From Cyanophora paradoxa CCMP329 (Eukaryota; Plantae; Glaucophyta), in NCBI GenBank assembly GCA_004431415.1, contig QPMI01000317.1, forward strand, positions 1 to 47,162: 47,162 bases of DNA, read 5' to 3'. Below, one piece after another: positions 1 to 10,994 of the stretch (the first letter of the stretch is position 1; each line of letters opens with the position of its first letter). Below the pieces are notes generated by a model. It ran no database searches. It saw only the letters and a list, made by a program, of their open reading frames with translations, and was not told the origin of the DNA. The translations under genes and the position numbers were made by a program.

Positions 1-965
1 CCCGCCCCGCCCCGCCCCGCCCCGCCCCGCCGCCCCGCCCCGCCCCGCCCCGCCCCGCCCCGCCCCCGCCCCGCCCCGCCCCGCCCCGCCCCCCGCCCCG
101 CCCCGCCCGCCCCGCCCCGCCCCGCCCCGCCCCGCCCCGCCCCGCCGCCGCCCCGCCCGCCCCGCCCCCGCCCCGCCCCGCCCCGCCCGCCCCGCCCCGC
201 CCCGCCCCGCCCCGCCCCGCCCCGCCCGCCCCGCCCCGCCCCGCCCCGCCCCGCCCCGCCCCGCCCCGCCGCCCCGCCCCGCCCCGCCCCGCCCCGCCCC
301 CGCCCCGCCCGCCGCCGCCCGCCCCGCCCCGCCCCGCCCCGCCCGCCCCGCCCCGCCCGCCCCGCCCCGCCCCCGCCCCGCCCCGCCCCGCCCCCGCCCC
401 GCCCCGCCCCGCCCCGCCGCCCCGCCCCGCCCGCCCCGCCCCGCCCCGCCCCGCCCCGCCCCGCCCCGCCCCGCCCCCGCCCCGCCCCGCCCGCCCCGCC
501 CGCCCGCCCCGCCCCGCCCGCCCCGCCCCGCCCGCCCCGCCCCGCCCCGCCCGCCCCGCCCCGCCCCGCCCGCCCCGCCCCGCCCCGCCCCGCCCCGCCC
601 CCCGCCCCGCCCCGCCCCGCCCGCCGCCCCGCCCGCCCGCCCGCCCGCCCCGCCCCGCCCGCCCCGCCCCGCCCCCGCCCCGCCCCGCCCCCGCCCCGCC
701 GCCCGCCCCGCCCCGCCCCGCCCGCCCCGCCCCGCCCCGCCCCGCCCCGCCCCGCGCCCGCCCGCCCCGCCCGCCCCGCCCCCGCCCCGCCCCGCCCCGC
801 CCGCCCCGCCCCGCCCCGCCCGCCGCCCCGCCCCGCCCCGCCCGCCCGCCCCGCCGCCCCGCCCCGCCCCGCCCGCCCGCCCCGCCCCGCCCCGCCCCGC
901 CCCGCCCGCCCCGCCGCCCGCCCCGCCCGCCCCGCCCCGCCCCGCCCCGCCCCGCCCCGCCCCGC
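1..965. repeat. (CCCCG)n / (GGGGC)n simple repeat, probably intronic in the dCache receptor gene; runs off the window
   Basis: Near-pure CCCCG pentamer with CCCG/CCG variants. A minus-strand GTAAGT donor at 984-979 precedes it. Confidence 0.95.
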
Positions 966-984
966 TCCGCGCCCCTCCACTTAC

Positions 985-3900
985 AGCGCTGCAGTCGACC
1001 CGCCGGCGGAGGAGCTCAGAGCGGTGGCGGCGCTGGCCGGCGGGCCCCGGGGCGCCTCGCGCTCGAGCTGGAGGTCGACCTCGCGCCGGGCGGGCCGGCC
1101 GAGGCCGCGGCGGCGCTGGCCGGCGCCCCGCTCGGCCGCCTCGCCCTCTCCGCCTTCGTGGGCGAGCGGGGCCTGCGGGAGGGGCTGCTGGGCGGCCTCG
1201 CCGCCTTCGCCGCCTGCCCCGCCGGCCAGCTCGAGGTGCTTGCGTCCGGGTTCGGGTTCGGGTCCGAGGGGCGCCCTAATAACTTGCAACTTGTGTGAGC
1301 GCGCCCGCCGGCCCGCCGGCAGGTGCGGCTGGAGACCCGGCTTGGGGACCACGGCCACGAGGGGGCGCGGCTCCTCGAGGTGGCCCATAGCTAGCTGCCC
1401 GCTTAGCTCGGCTTAGCTTCCCGTTCACTTTGCTTTTAGTTTCGCTGGCTGACCGGGTCGCTGACCGAGGCCCGGTCGCCCTCCCTTAGCCCCGTTCACT
1501 TTCATTTTTGTCTCGCGTCCCGCTTGCTGACCGAGTCGCCTCCATCAGGCCAGGCTCCGCGCGGCGGTGGCGACGGCGCTCCCCGCCGCCCGCGTCGTCC
1601 TACCCCACAGGTGGATCTGATGGAGGACTCCCCCCCCCCCCCTTGCCCCTTGCACCCCCCCCCCCCCCCCCCGCCCTCCCCCTCTTTCCCGCTTCGCCTC
1701 TTGCCCCTTCGCTTTTCGATGAATAAATAAGTTGAACCACTGACAAAGGTACATGCAATCAGTCTCCGAGAGCGCTGAAGCTAGGTTTCACAGATCGTCC
1801 TAGAGAAAAAGGACGCGGGCGGCTGGGAGGGCCCTCGCCACGGCTTCCCTGCACTCCGCCTGCGGGGCCGGCCGGGGGCGCTCAGGTGACCGACGGCGGC
1901 CGCGGGGACCGAAGCCAAGGGAGAGGGGGGCGAGGGGGGCGAGGGGCACCCTGAAGGCCTCGCCGTCCCGCGACCCGAGTCGCACCTGCGGCCGCAGTCG
2001 ATCGAGACGCAGTCGATCGCAGTGCGACCATGTCGCGATTTTCGTGCTTGCAATTGCATTTTGAATATTGGAATCGTAATCATTGATATGTATTGCTGTC
2101 GGTATCGATATCTAACTGCAATCTTGTAATCTGATTGTACTGTAGACTGTATTCGCATAAAACTGGGGATCGAGTATTGAAAAACGCAGTAAAAGTATCA
2201 GGGTATCGATGCCATGGCATCTTAATCTTCGAATTCTACATGTACATCTAGCGCTAGGGTCCGACGGTCACTAATCCGGACACAAACTTCGATGTTCGAA
2301 GCCGTCGTGATCATCACATCCGTCGGCCGATCAGCTCTAGATTTAGATCTAGACGGCCAAATCCGAGCCCGCTGGGCCCGGGGGCCCCTCGACCGTGATC
2401 ACATCCGACCGTCGGACGGGCGACCAGCTCGAGCTCTAGACGGCCAGGTCCAAGCCTGCTGGGGGCCCCTCGACCGCGATCTCGACGCGCCCGCGCCCGC
2501 TGGCCATCGGGCCGCGCGGGTGCACGCGCGCCTCCTCGCGGCGGCGCGCCCGCTCCCGCACCAGGGCCCGCAGCTTCGTGGCGCGGGCGACGAGGAAGCG
2601 GACGAGGACGGGGAAGACTACGATGAAGAGGCCGACCGACGTGACCGTCAGAGAGAAGGCGCGGGCCTGCGAATTCGAAGCAAGCGCGCGCTGCTTAGTA
2701 TAGATAGGATGGAATCCGGAGGCAAAATCTTAATAGATAGGAGGCGGAGGTAAAGATATAGATAGTAATGATAGATAGGATAGTTTAGAATCGAGCCAAG
2801 CTTGTAATTTAACAAGGGCGAACCAGGTGGGCGCGCTCGACGAGGGGTGCCTCCTGCATCGCGATGAAGACCACCCAGTCCTGCGTAATTATAATAATAA
2901 GCTTGAGCTAAACACATTTCTCAAGCTTATAATTAAGCTTATAGTTAAGTGCAATCGCAAGCTTCAGCCTGGATCTAGCCTAGTAAATCTCACCAAGACG
3001 ACGTCAGGGGGGACGATCGGCTCCGCGCTCACGAGGTACCGCGTGCCCCGCTCGTCGCTTACCACGTCGCTGTACGTCGAATCCTCGGCCCTGCGCACGT
3101 CGACGCCAAATAATTATTCAGGTCGTGTTCATATTGTTTCATGGTCGTGTTGGGATCAACATTTGAAATCGAACTAGAGCTCGCGCGTGCGTGCGGTCGC
3201 TTACCATGGGCGGTTGGAGATGAACGACGAGAAGCCCTCCCACGACCTCGACACGAGGGCAATGCTCTGCGAATCACATCAGAATTCACATTGCGAATTC
3301 GAAATGATATGCATATGGGAATCGATATCAGTCACCTCAGACGCGTGCTTCCTCTTGCTTGACACGGGATCGAAGACGCCGTTCGCGTCCCCCGCCCCGC
3401 CGGTCGCCCCACGCACGCTCATAGCGAGCAGCTGGCCGTTCCGCTGCACGATCCAGCACCCGACCTGGACACATCGAGGAATAAGCCACATAATTATATA
3501 ATTCACAAGAAACAAATCGAATCTCGGCGAACCGTGATCCCACTCAAGATGCTGCTCAAGACGTCGCTCATCACCGGCCACTATAATCGGGTTTGACACG
3601 CGTGCACCATCAGCTCTCTTCAGCAGATTGAATGTCCGACAGGATCGTAACTTACCACGGGGAGCGCGTAATGATAAAGCGCTTTCGCGCTGCCGTCCGG
3701 CCATCGATTCAGGAGGGCCACGCTCATCGCGAGCACAGGAGGCGACACGGTCGTGATGGGAGTCTGCGCATGCCAGAAGGTCAAGCGGTCTGTCTGTCTC
3801 ATCCCTACCCGCAAGAGGGCGCACTACTGTGCAGATGCGCATGCCAAGCGGATCGGCGGCAATCACGTCGGAGCGGTTGGCCAACTCCACCGCCCCCACG

Positions 3901-6141
3901 TAGAAGGGCCGGGCTGGTTGAATAACGAAGGGCGATCGTTCAGACAACGTAATATATAATCGAATTCATCGCAGCTATAGTATTCAATTGCAACAAGCTA
4001 ACCTGTCACGCGATAGGGGACGCTGCGAAGGACGCTCGTATTAAAATTGCCCTGCGGGTCGCTTTCGTTAGCAAACGCTACGCATATACGCATACAACAG
4101 CTCGTATGGCAGGAGGACGCGAACCTGGCGGTCGATGACTGCGTGGTACTCGAAGAGAGGGTTCTGAGAAGACGCCGGCCAGACCCACGCCACGGTGTTC
4201 TCCACGAACTGAGAGGTTGCGGCCAGTCCATTGGGGAACGAAACCTGCAAGACAGTTCGACCGCGGCTCCCATTTATTTCGTGTAGAAAATGTCTGCGCG
4301 AGTCGCACCTGCATGAGGAGTGCAGTTTGGAAGGCCCCGTTGGCGCGCGCGGCTGAAAGCTGGGAGACAAAGCTTTGCAGGAACTGGTGTACTAAACCGT
4401 CAGTAATTACAAGCAAATGCATGTCATGATTACATAGTACATCGTGCATGTGTGATTATTTAGTAGCTATCTGTGTAATGCACGCTGATCATGATTATAT
4501 TCCGCACCTCAAGAGTCACAGCGTTCTCTGAAATGACCTTGTCGTGGATAACGGCCTGAATTCGAATAAGCAAGGGAAACGAAACGAAATGTTCATCAGA
4601 GTAGCTGTTTATAATTAGGAAAGATGTGTACCTGGAGTCGTAGAGTATTCGTGGGCTCCGCGATGAATTTTTGAACGATGAGCCGAACGACGTCTCCGAT
4701 CTGAAAAATATCTCAGCAATATTCAATTTGCAATCAAGCAAAGTTGATCACGAAGACTCGCCTTCTGCTTCTGAATCGCTTGCGACAGGTCAAAAAGCAC
4801 AGAGCTATTGCCCCCGTAAGAATTCAGATTAATGAATACAGTAGTCGTTATCCTCACCCGGCGAGATTCGAATTGATGAGCCAAATTCCAACGGATGCAG
4901 CAACGACAAGGCACGCCTGAAAGTTTAATCCGTTAGACATCGCTGAAAATCATGATTCGATTGTAATTAGACATTGATAGTTCGGATTCAAGCACCTGGA
5001 TGAACGCGTGCGCGATAGGGTGCCGAGAAGCGAACTCCCGGTACCACTTCGGCCGAACCTTGCGGCCGATAACCTGCTCCAGCCAGATCCCGTGACTCTG
5101 ACGCCTGCTCCGCCGGCGCTGCCACTCCCCGAAGGACGCCGGCGCCGATCGCTTCGGCAGGTCGCCCTCCTGACGAGGCTCGGCCCCGGCCGCGGATCTT
5201 GAGAGCTCGTTTGTGGAGGCGCCGCCGGCCTTAAGTCCGGAGCTCGAGCCCCAAGGCCACTCCGGCTCGGCCGGCTTCTGCAGCTGCCCACCAGAAGCTG
5301 CAGGTGGCTTCTGATCGTCGACATCGGGCTCGTGCGCGCTGCTCAACGCCGCCATCGAGCTCGAGAGCCGGTGCACTTGCGCGGGGCCCGCGGCGCCCGC
5401 GGCGTCGCCTGCGCCGCTGTCGCCGTCGAGGTCCTCCACCAGCTGCAGGCGCCATCGGACGAAGCTCTGCTGCTTCAACTTCGCCGCCGGCACCGCGCTG
5501 CCCGCGCGCACAGTTTCCCGCCGATCGTGGGCGTCAATTACAACCGCCTCCAGCGGCTGCGGCTGCGGCTTCGGTTGCGGCTGCGGCTGGGACTCCAGGT
5601 CCGCGGCGCTGTTCCCAGCTGAGCTATCGGTGCCAGAGGGAGAGACCAGCCCGTAGCCGTCGCCGGCCGCGGGTCCAGACTGCCGCGCCGTCGCCGCCGA
5701 CGGCTCGGGATCCTGCTGGAATTCGCAGCCATCGACTTCGACGAGGGCGTCTTCGTTTGCGGATCCGGAGCTGAGGCTATGCACGTTCGTTGCAATGACC
5801 GCTGTGTTCCTCGGACCCGGGACAAACACGTGCACTGCGCTCCTCGAGCTCCCGAGCTGTAGCTGCGAGTGCGGCCAGGGGCTGCAAGAGTCGCAAAGGT
5901 CGCGCGCTGTCGCCGCCGGTCGCTGCCTCTCGGTGATTACGATAGTTTCTGCTGCATTTGTGTCGGCTGCCGGATCCGCTGCCGGCTGAGAGCCCCTGAA
6001 CCTTCCGCACGCGCATGTGCTTGGAGCCGCGGCCGGCTGAATGTGCATGTCGGTGTCCGCAGCACGCGCGGCGCGCGCGGAACTCGGCTGTTGCGACGTC
6101 GACCCTGAAGAAGCGCTAGCGAGGCGCCGGCCGACCCGCAT
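985..6141 (-). CDS. Multi-exon membrane receptor: low-complexity N-terminus, TM1, extracellular dCache-like domain, TM2; 3' end probably beyond the window
   Basis: Manual splicing gives ...HAFIQ|ACLVVAASVGIWLINSNLAG|SVLFDLSQAIQKQK|IGDVVRLIVQKFIAEPTNTLRLQ|AVIHDKVISENAVTLE|FLQSFVSQ...|VSFPNG...DRQ|GNFNTSVLRSVPYRVT|ARPFYVGAVE..., then TPITTVSPPVLAMSVALL, VGCWIVQRNGQLLAMS, DWVVFIAMQE and FSLTVTSVGLFIVVFPVLVRFLV (TM2). YxxTxRPFY, WIVxRxGxLLA and DWVV match Cache-family motifs. Exons below ~2500 are uncertain. Confidence 0.75.
2330..2481. repeat. Imperfect ~75-bp tandem duplication
   Basis: atcacatccg...ctagacggcca...gggggcccctcgaccg(t/c)gatc occurs twice. Confidence 0.7.
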
Positions 6142-6459
6142 CTAGATCTGTGCGGAATGGTTAGTCCTCTCCTACATGTACAGCTGATCCGCGCACACGC
6201 GCATCGACTGAGGCCGCGCCGCGCCGCGCGGCGGCCGCACGCACTCACCGGAAGTCTCATGATCACGGTCTCTCACCCGATCGCAAGGCCGCGCGCTGTG
6301 GCCTGGGATATGCTCACCAGGATGCGTGCAGTCTGGAAAGGACGGCTCAGCTGGCAGCTGCTCGTGAAAGGCCGCGAGACGCTAGCATGCACTAGCACTG
6401 CCTAGCGAGTGCCTAGCACGCGACTCGTGACACGAGTACTAGTCCGAAAGAGCTGCTAG

Positions 6460-6700
6460 CACAGCTCGTTTTTTTTACCGGTCGACCCGACACGGCCAAA
6501 TATCCGGTTTCGTTAAATTCCCCTCGGGTTTTCGGAATTCCCCGGCTTTAGCTAGTGCAATCTACCCGGTAGCATGCCGGCTACAAGCTGTTGCGAGGAG
6601 ACTAGCCGTTTTGCGGCGGGTGAAAAGTTATCGCGATCGCCGGCTACCCTTGCCCATATCCGGGCCGTGTTGGGTCGATTAGGAAAAAAAACGAGCTGTG
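6460..6700. mobile_element. 241-bp non-autonomous CMC/CACTA-like MITE (CACAG...CTGTG) with 3-bp TSD TAG
   Basis: ~38-bp imperfect TIR: cacagctcgttttttttaccggtcgacccgacacggcc / ggccgtgttgggtcgattaggaaaaaaaacgagctgtg. TAG at 6457-6459 and 6701-6703. Confidence 0.85.
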
Positions 6701-6734
6701 TAGCCGGTCGGGGTACAGTGGTAAACGGGCTGTC

Positions 6735-6900
6735 GATAACCAATCGCAGGTTTCGGAATGGCCGACCAATGAAATAACGAAAAAAAGGCAGGAAAAAGTG
6801 AAGCTCGATTTGTGATTCGCTCAGTTTTCCCTGAATTCGAAGAGAACTTTCGCCAGTACGTCCGAAGGTCGTGAATCGTCGTGATTCGAATTTCGAATTC
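6735..6900 (+). repeat. Dispersed repeat with tandem CCAAT motifs; related copies on the minus strand at ~11700-11850 and ~29480-29550
   Basis: gataaccaatcgcaggtttcggaatggccgaccaat versus the reverse complement of 11811-11846, gataaccaatcgcagggctgggaatggccgaccaat. Similarity continues downstream (aaaaagt.aagct.gatttgtgatt). Confidence 0.65.
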
Positions 6901-6952
6901 GTGAATGGCCATCGAGCTTGCAGACTCTGAGAAGACTGCCAGAAGTGCTCTA

Positions 6953-7210
6953 CCGTAAAACACAATATTAATGCGCTCAATATCAATGCGTTTTTGGACC
7001 CGGACCCGTCGTATGGCTAATAATGCGCCCCCAAATTAATGCGTTTTTACGCTTTCTCGCCTGCATGAGGGGGGTACTGAGTCCTACTGTCTGCAGTTTC
7101 TTAGCGTTCTGTTATCTATGCGCCCCCAAATTAATGCGTTTTGACGGCAAAAAACGCATTAATTTGGGGGCGCATTAATATTATGCGCGCATTAATATTC
7201 TGTTTTACGG
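6953..7210. mobile_element. Tc1/mariner (Tc2/pogo-like, CCGT-ended) MITE with TA TSD
   Basis: TA|ccgtaaaacacaatattaatgcgc ... gcgcattaatattctgttttacgg|TA, with internal ttaatgcg repeats. Confidence 0.85.
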
Positions 7211-8267
7211 TAGATCTGACCGGAGGCTCCGGATCTGGATCCGATCCGGAGGACCGGAGCTCGCATGCGCAGGCTCGACGAGCACCGGAACCCCGGCCCC
7301 CCGCCGAGCCCCGCGCGCGGCCGTTACATGTTACATGATGTTAGTATGTTTACATGTTAGTATGATGTTACTACTAAGTTATATAATTAACTTTAGTAAG
7401 CCTTGAACTAGGCTTGTGATTCAAAAAGAAGTTGTGAAGCTTGCATGCGCACACGGCGCAGTATTTATAGTGCCTTGCAACTTGGCAATTAATCATTCAA
7501 ATGATTGAAAATATTGGCAGCCTTGCTGCGCAGGGTAGCTATATTAATATTATCCTATATAGACGTCAGTACTAGTATACGTATACTACGTACGGAAGTT
7601 GCACCGTTGCACGCGCTGCGCGGCCTGCGCCCACGTACGCGTGCACGTGCACGGTGCACCGTGTTACCGGGTAGTGCTGCCGGCCGTACGCGTGCTGCCC
7701 GTGCACGGTACCGGTGCACGTGCAGACGGTGCAGTACTAGTGGGCCTTATATAATTAGGACTGTCGTCAGTCACTGAGTCACTGACAGTCACATGTACAG
7801 TCAGAGACTCAGAGGGTCTGCAGCTGACTGACCTGTCTGGGTCAGCTTTTGGCTGACTGACGTTAACGTTTTCTCAGTCCCATACAACACCCTGCTGGGA
7901 GCGTGCCCTCATGTGGGCTTTTCCCATCTAAAGCTTGACGTGGGTCGACCAAAAAATGATCTTCTGTCGTCGAAATTTTCAAAAACCGCCCATGGTAACG
8001 AGGTTAACGGCGTCTAACACCTGGCGGGGGTCGAATGTCCTTTTCTCTCCTCTCTGCTCGCATATCCACCCCTTACTGCCCGTGCCTGATGCTTGGCAAC
8101 TTGAACTCGGAATGAAGTAGATAGATCGCGTTTGGGTCATTTCCGGGTCATTTTTCACGGCTTTTACACGGTAGCCTGACTGAACCTCGGGTTGACTGAT
8201 TCAGTCACAGTCAGGGGGGCAGACCGACTGGGTCAGCCGGGGGGCTGACTGACGAGTCAGTGACGAC

Positions 8268-8347
8268 TAGGGTTGCCACTTACGGCGTAAGTCCCCCAAA
8301 CCCCGCCGTAAGTGTAAGTGTAAGTGTAAGTGTAAGTCGTAAGTCCC
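8268..8347 (+). mobile_element. hAT-like terminus (TAGGGTTGCCAC...) with subterminal (GTAAGT)n repeats
   Basis: About 80 bp are the reverse complement of 36612-36709. TAGGGTTGCCA resembles hAT/Blackjack-type ends (recalled, not searched). Confidence 0.6.
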
Positions 8348-8964
8348 CCGTAAGTCCCCCGTAAGTCGCAAAAAAACGTGCTGGAAGGGCGCGGACAGTG
8401 CTGGAAACGCTTAAAACATGTTATAAGCGATAAACAGATGTCATATCTATGTATCTACGTTAACGTTCCGGGCAACTTCCGGGAAGTTCCGGAACACTTC
8501 ACTTCCGAGCAACTTGAAAGTTGAGAATTGAATCAAACTGACAACGTTTTATAATTAACAGATCAACTCGTGATCAAGTGAAAATGAAACTTCGGAAAGC
8601 TCATGAACATTGCCCAGATGCCGCATAATCATCTTGCAATTGAATTATAACCGGACCACTGAACTGCGGCATAATGTGACGGTAGCACGCAGCGCCACTA
8701 CCGGACCAGGGTAGTACCGGACCTACTACTACCGGTACTGCTGCGCTGCAGGGCGGCCAGGCCGGGCCAGCCTGGCAGGACTCCACGTGCACGGCATATA
8801 CCCCGGTGGAGCTTCTGGGCTCGAAACGAGTCTAAAGTTCTTTGAACTAGTTCTTTTACCCTCGAAATCAGCGGATCTGGATCGTCGGTACACGTGTTCA
8901 TGATCATGAGTTCGAGTTCGAATTCATGACCATGAATCGGGTTCATGATCATGTCGAAGCTTAA

Positions 8965-10968
8965 GGTGAGGTCGCAGTCGGTGAGGTCGCAGTCGGTGAG
9001 GTCGAAGCCGCGTGAGCGGCGCTCGGAAGAGGACGAGCGGCGCTCGGAAGAGGTCGAAGCCGCGTGAGCGGCGCTCGGAAGCCGCGGTGAGGTCGAGAGG
9101 CGCGAGCCGGAAGAGGTGGGTGGAGGGGCACGCACGGCGAAGGCGTGGCGGAGGGCGGCGCAGGAGCGGCCCTGGAGCCTGCCGCGCGACGTCCCCAGGA
9201 TCAGGAAGCGTTGAGAGGAAGGAAGGCGAGGCGAAGCCCAGAAAGAAAGAAAGAAAGCTTAGGGATAGGTTTCGGATTGAGAAAGGAAGCTTGGATTAGA
9301 AGAGTTAGAAGCAAAGGAAGCTTAGGACTAGGATTCGGATCAAGAGAGGAAGCTTGAAACTAGGATTCGGATCGAGAAAGGAAGCTAGCTCGGGCTGGGA
9401 CCTGTTGTGGGAGAGGTCTAGGGACTGTAGCGCCTCGTTGTCGCGGAGGGCGGGGCCCAGCGCCTGGCCCTCCACGTACGCGTCCGAGAGCCCGTTCCAC
9501 GCCAGGTTCAGCGAGGTTAAGCCCTCGTTGCTGCCGAGCGACCTGTGGTGGGGTTGGTTAAGAGGCGTAGAGAGGGGATAGGATAGGGCCTACGCGAGGA
9601 GGGCGGCGGCGAGATGGCCTAAGGTGGCTTAGGTGTGGCGGTAGAGAGAGGATAGCGTGTGTGGCTTAGGTGTGGCTTAGAGTAGACTTGAGAGGGCGGG
9701 GCGGGGGGCGGGTGGCGGGGGGCGTACGCGAGGAGGGCGGCGGCGGCGCAGCCGCGGATCTTGTTCCAGGACAGGTCCAGGTCCTGGAGCGTCCCGTTCT
9801 GCAGCAGGGCCCGCGCCAGAGCCAGCGCCTCCGTCTCGTTCACCCTGCCCAGGGTGCTGTGAGCCGGCGCCGCCGGGCCGAGGCGGCGGCGGCGGGGTGG
9901 ATGGATGGTTGGTGGCAGAACTGGGAGGCTCTAGGGGAGCTCAGAGCGCAGGCCTCTAGGGGGAACTAGGGGCGCGGGCCCGACTGCGCGGCGTCCGGGG
10001 CGAGCGGGCGGGGGCGGGGGGGCGCACTGGTTGCGGGAGGAGTCGAGGGCCGTGAGGGACGTGTTGGCGTAGAGGCCCCCGCACAGCGTCCGCACCGCCG
10101 CCCCCGTCAGCTGTCCAGATCTAGACCCCCGTCAGCCTCTACGGAATGGAAGGAAGGAAGGAAGGAATTCGAAGGAAGGCGCGTGTGAAATCTATGCGCA
10201 GGAGCCGGCGCCGGCGCGCGCGCGCTCGCCTTGTTCTCGGTGAGCTTGAGGGTGGCGAGGCGGCAGGCGGGGTGGGAGAGGGCGGCGGCGAGGGCCCCGC
10301 AGCCCTCCGGATCCGTCCCCAGCTGGTTCGACGAGAGGTCCAGCACCCGGGCGGGGGCGAGTGCGGGTGCGGGCCTAAGTCGGGCGATGCTCTAGATCTA
10401 GAGACGCCCTCGGAACGCTAGCGCTCAAGGGCAGGGCCGGGGGCGGGGTCGGGGGCCGGGGCCGGGGGCGGGGGCGGGCCTCGGCGATGGCGAGGGAGCC
10501 CTCGGTGCCGATGCGGTTCTCCCGCAGCCGCAGCTCCTCCACCTGCCGCGGGCCGGGGCGGGGCCAGGGTCGGGGGCGGGCCGGGGCCGAGGTCGGGGGC
10601 GGGGCCATGGCCAGCTGCAGGCCTAGGGTCAGCCAACGACGACGAGCACGCGAGCTGGGGCGGCCTTGGCGTTAGGGGCGGACCTTGGCGCCGCCGTCCT
10701 TTATAACTTATTCGCTTATTATCAACCTCGCGATCGGCTTCTTATTAACTTATCAAGAGGGTTCCCATCAAAAGGGCCCCCATTAAGGCCGAGGGGCGGC
10801 GCGGGGGGCGGCGGGCGGCGGGCGGACCTTTGCGCCGCCGTCCTGGACGCTGTGGGCGACGCCGCGAGGGCCCGCGACGGCGCGGGACATGACTCATGTC
10901 ACATGACGTCCCCCAGCGAGCTCGATCGCGAGAAGTGCGACAGGTCCAGCGTGATCCGCGTCCTGCGG
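8965..10968 (-). pseudogene. Partial, intron-containing duplicate of the LRR gene (about 7 exons)
   Basis: Collinear with 42545-44885 (RITLDLSHFS, VEELRLRENRIGTEG, LDLSSNQLG, LDLSWNKI, LDLTDCDL). It lacks both ends, has a stop in the 10880-10900 insertion and has lost the ANESLVELNL exon. Confidence 0.9.
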
Positions 10969-10994
10969 GGCGGAAAACCACCGTACGCGTGGCA

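Noticed and set aside
1-965. Telomeric repeat
   Set aside because: CCCCG is not a typical telomere unit, occurs in introns elsewhere in the window and follows a splice donor.
981-983. Stop codon ending the receptor, which would imply a sensor with no output domain
   Set aside because: The TAA lies within a canonical GTAAGT donor, so the gene likely continues past the window.
7880-8171. Further CCGT-ended MITE (right end ttttacacgg|TA)
   Set aside because: No matching left TIR was found.
8252-8267. acgagtca near the left hAT-like end matching the right flank as a TSD
   Set aside because: It is not adjacent to the terminus (8-9 bp offset), so it is likely chance in a palindrome-rich tract.
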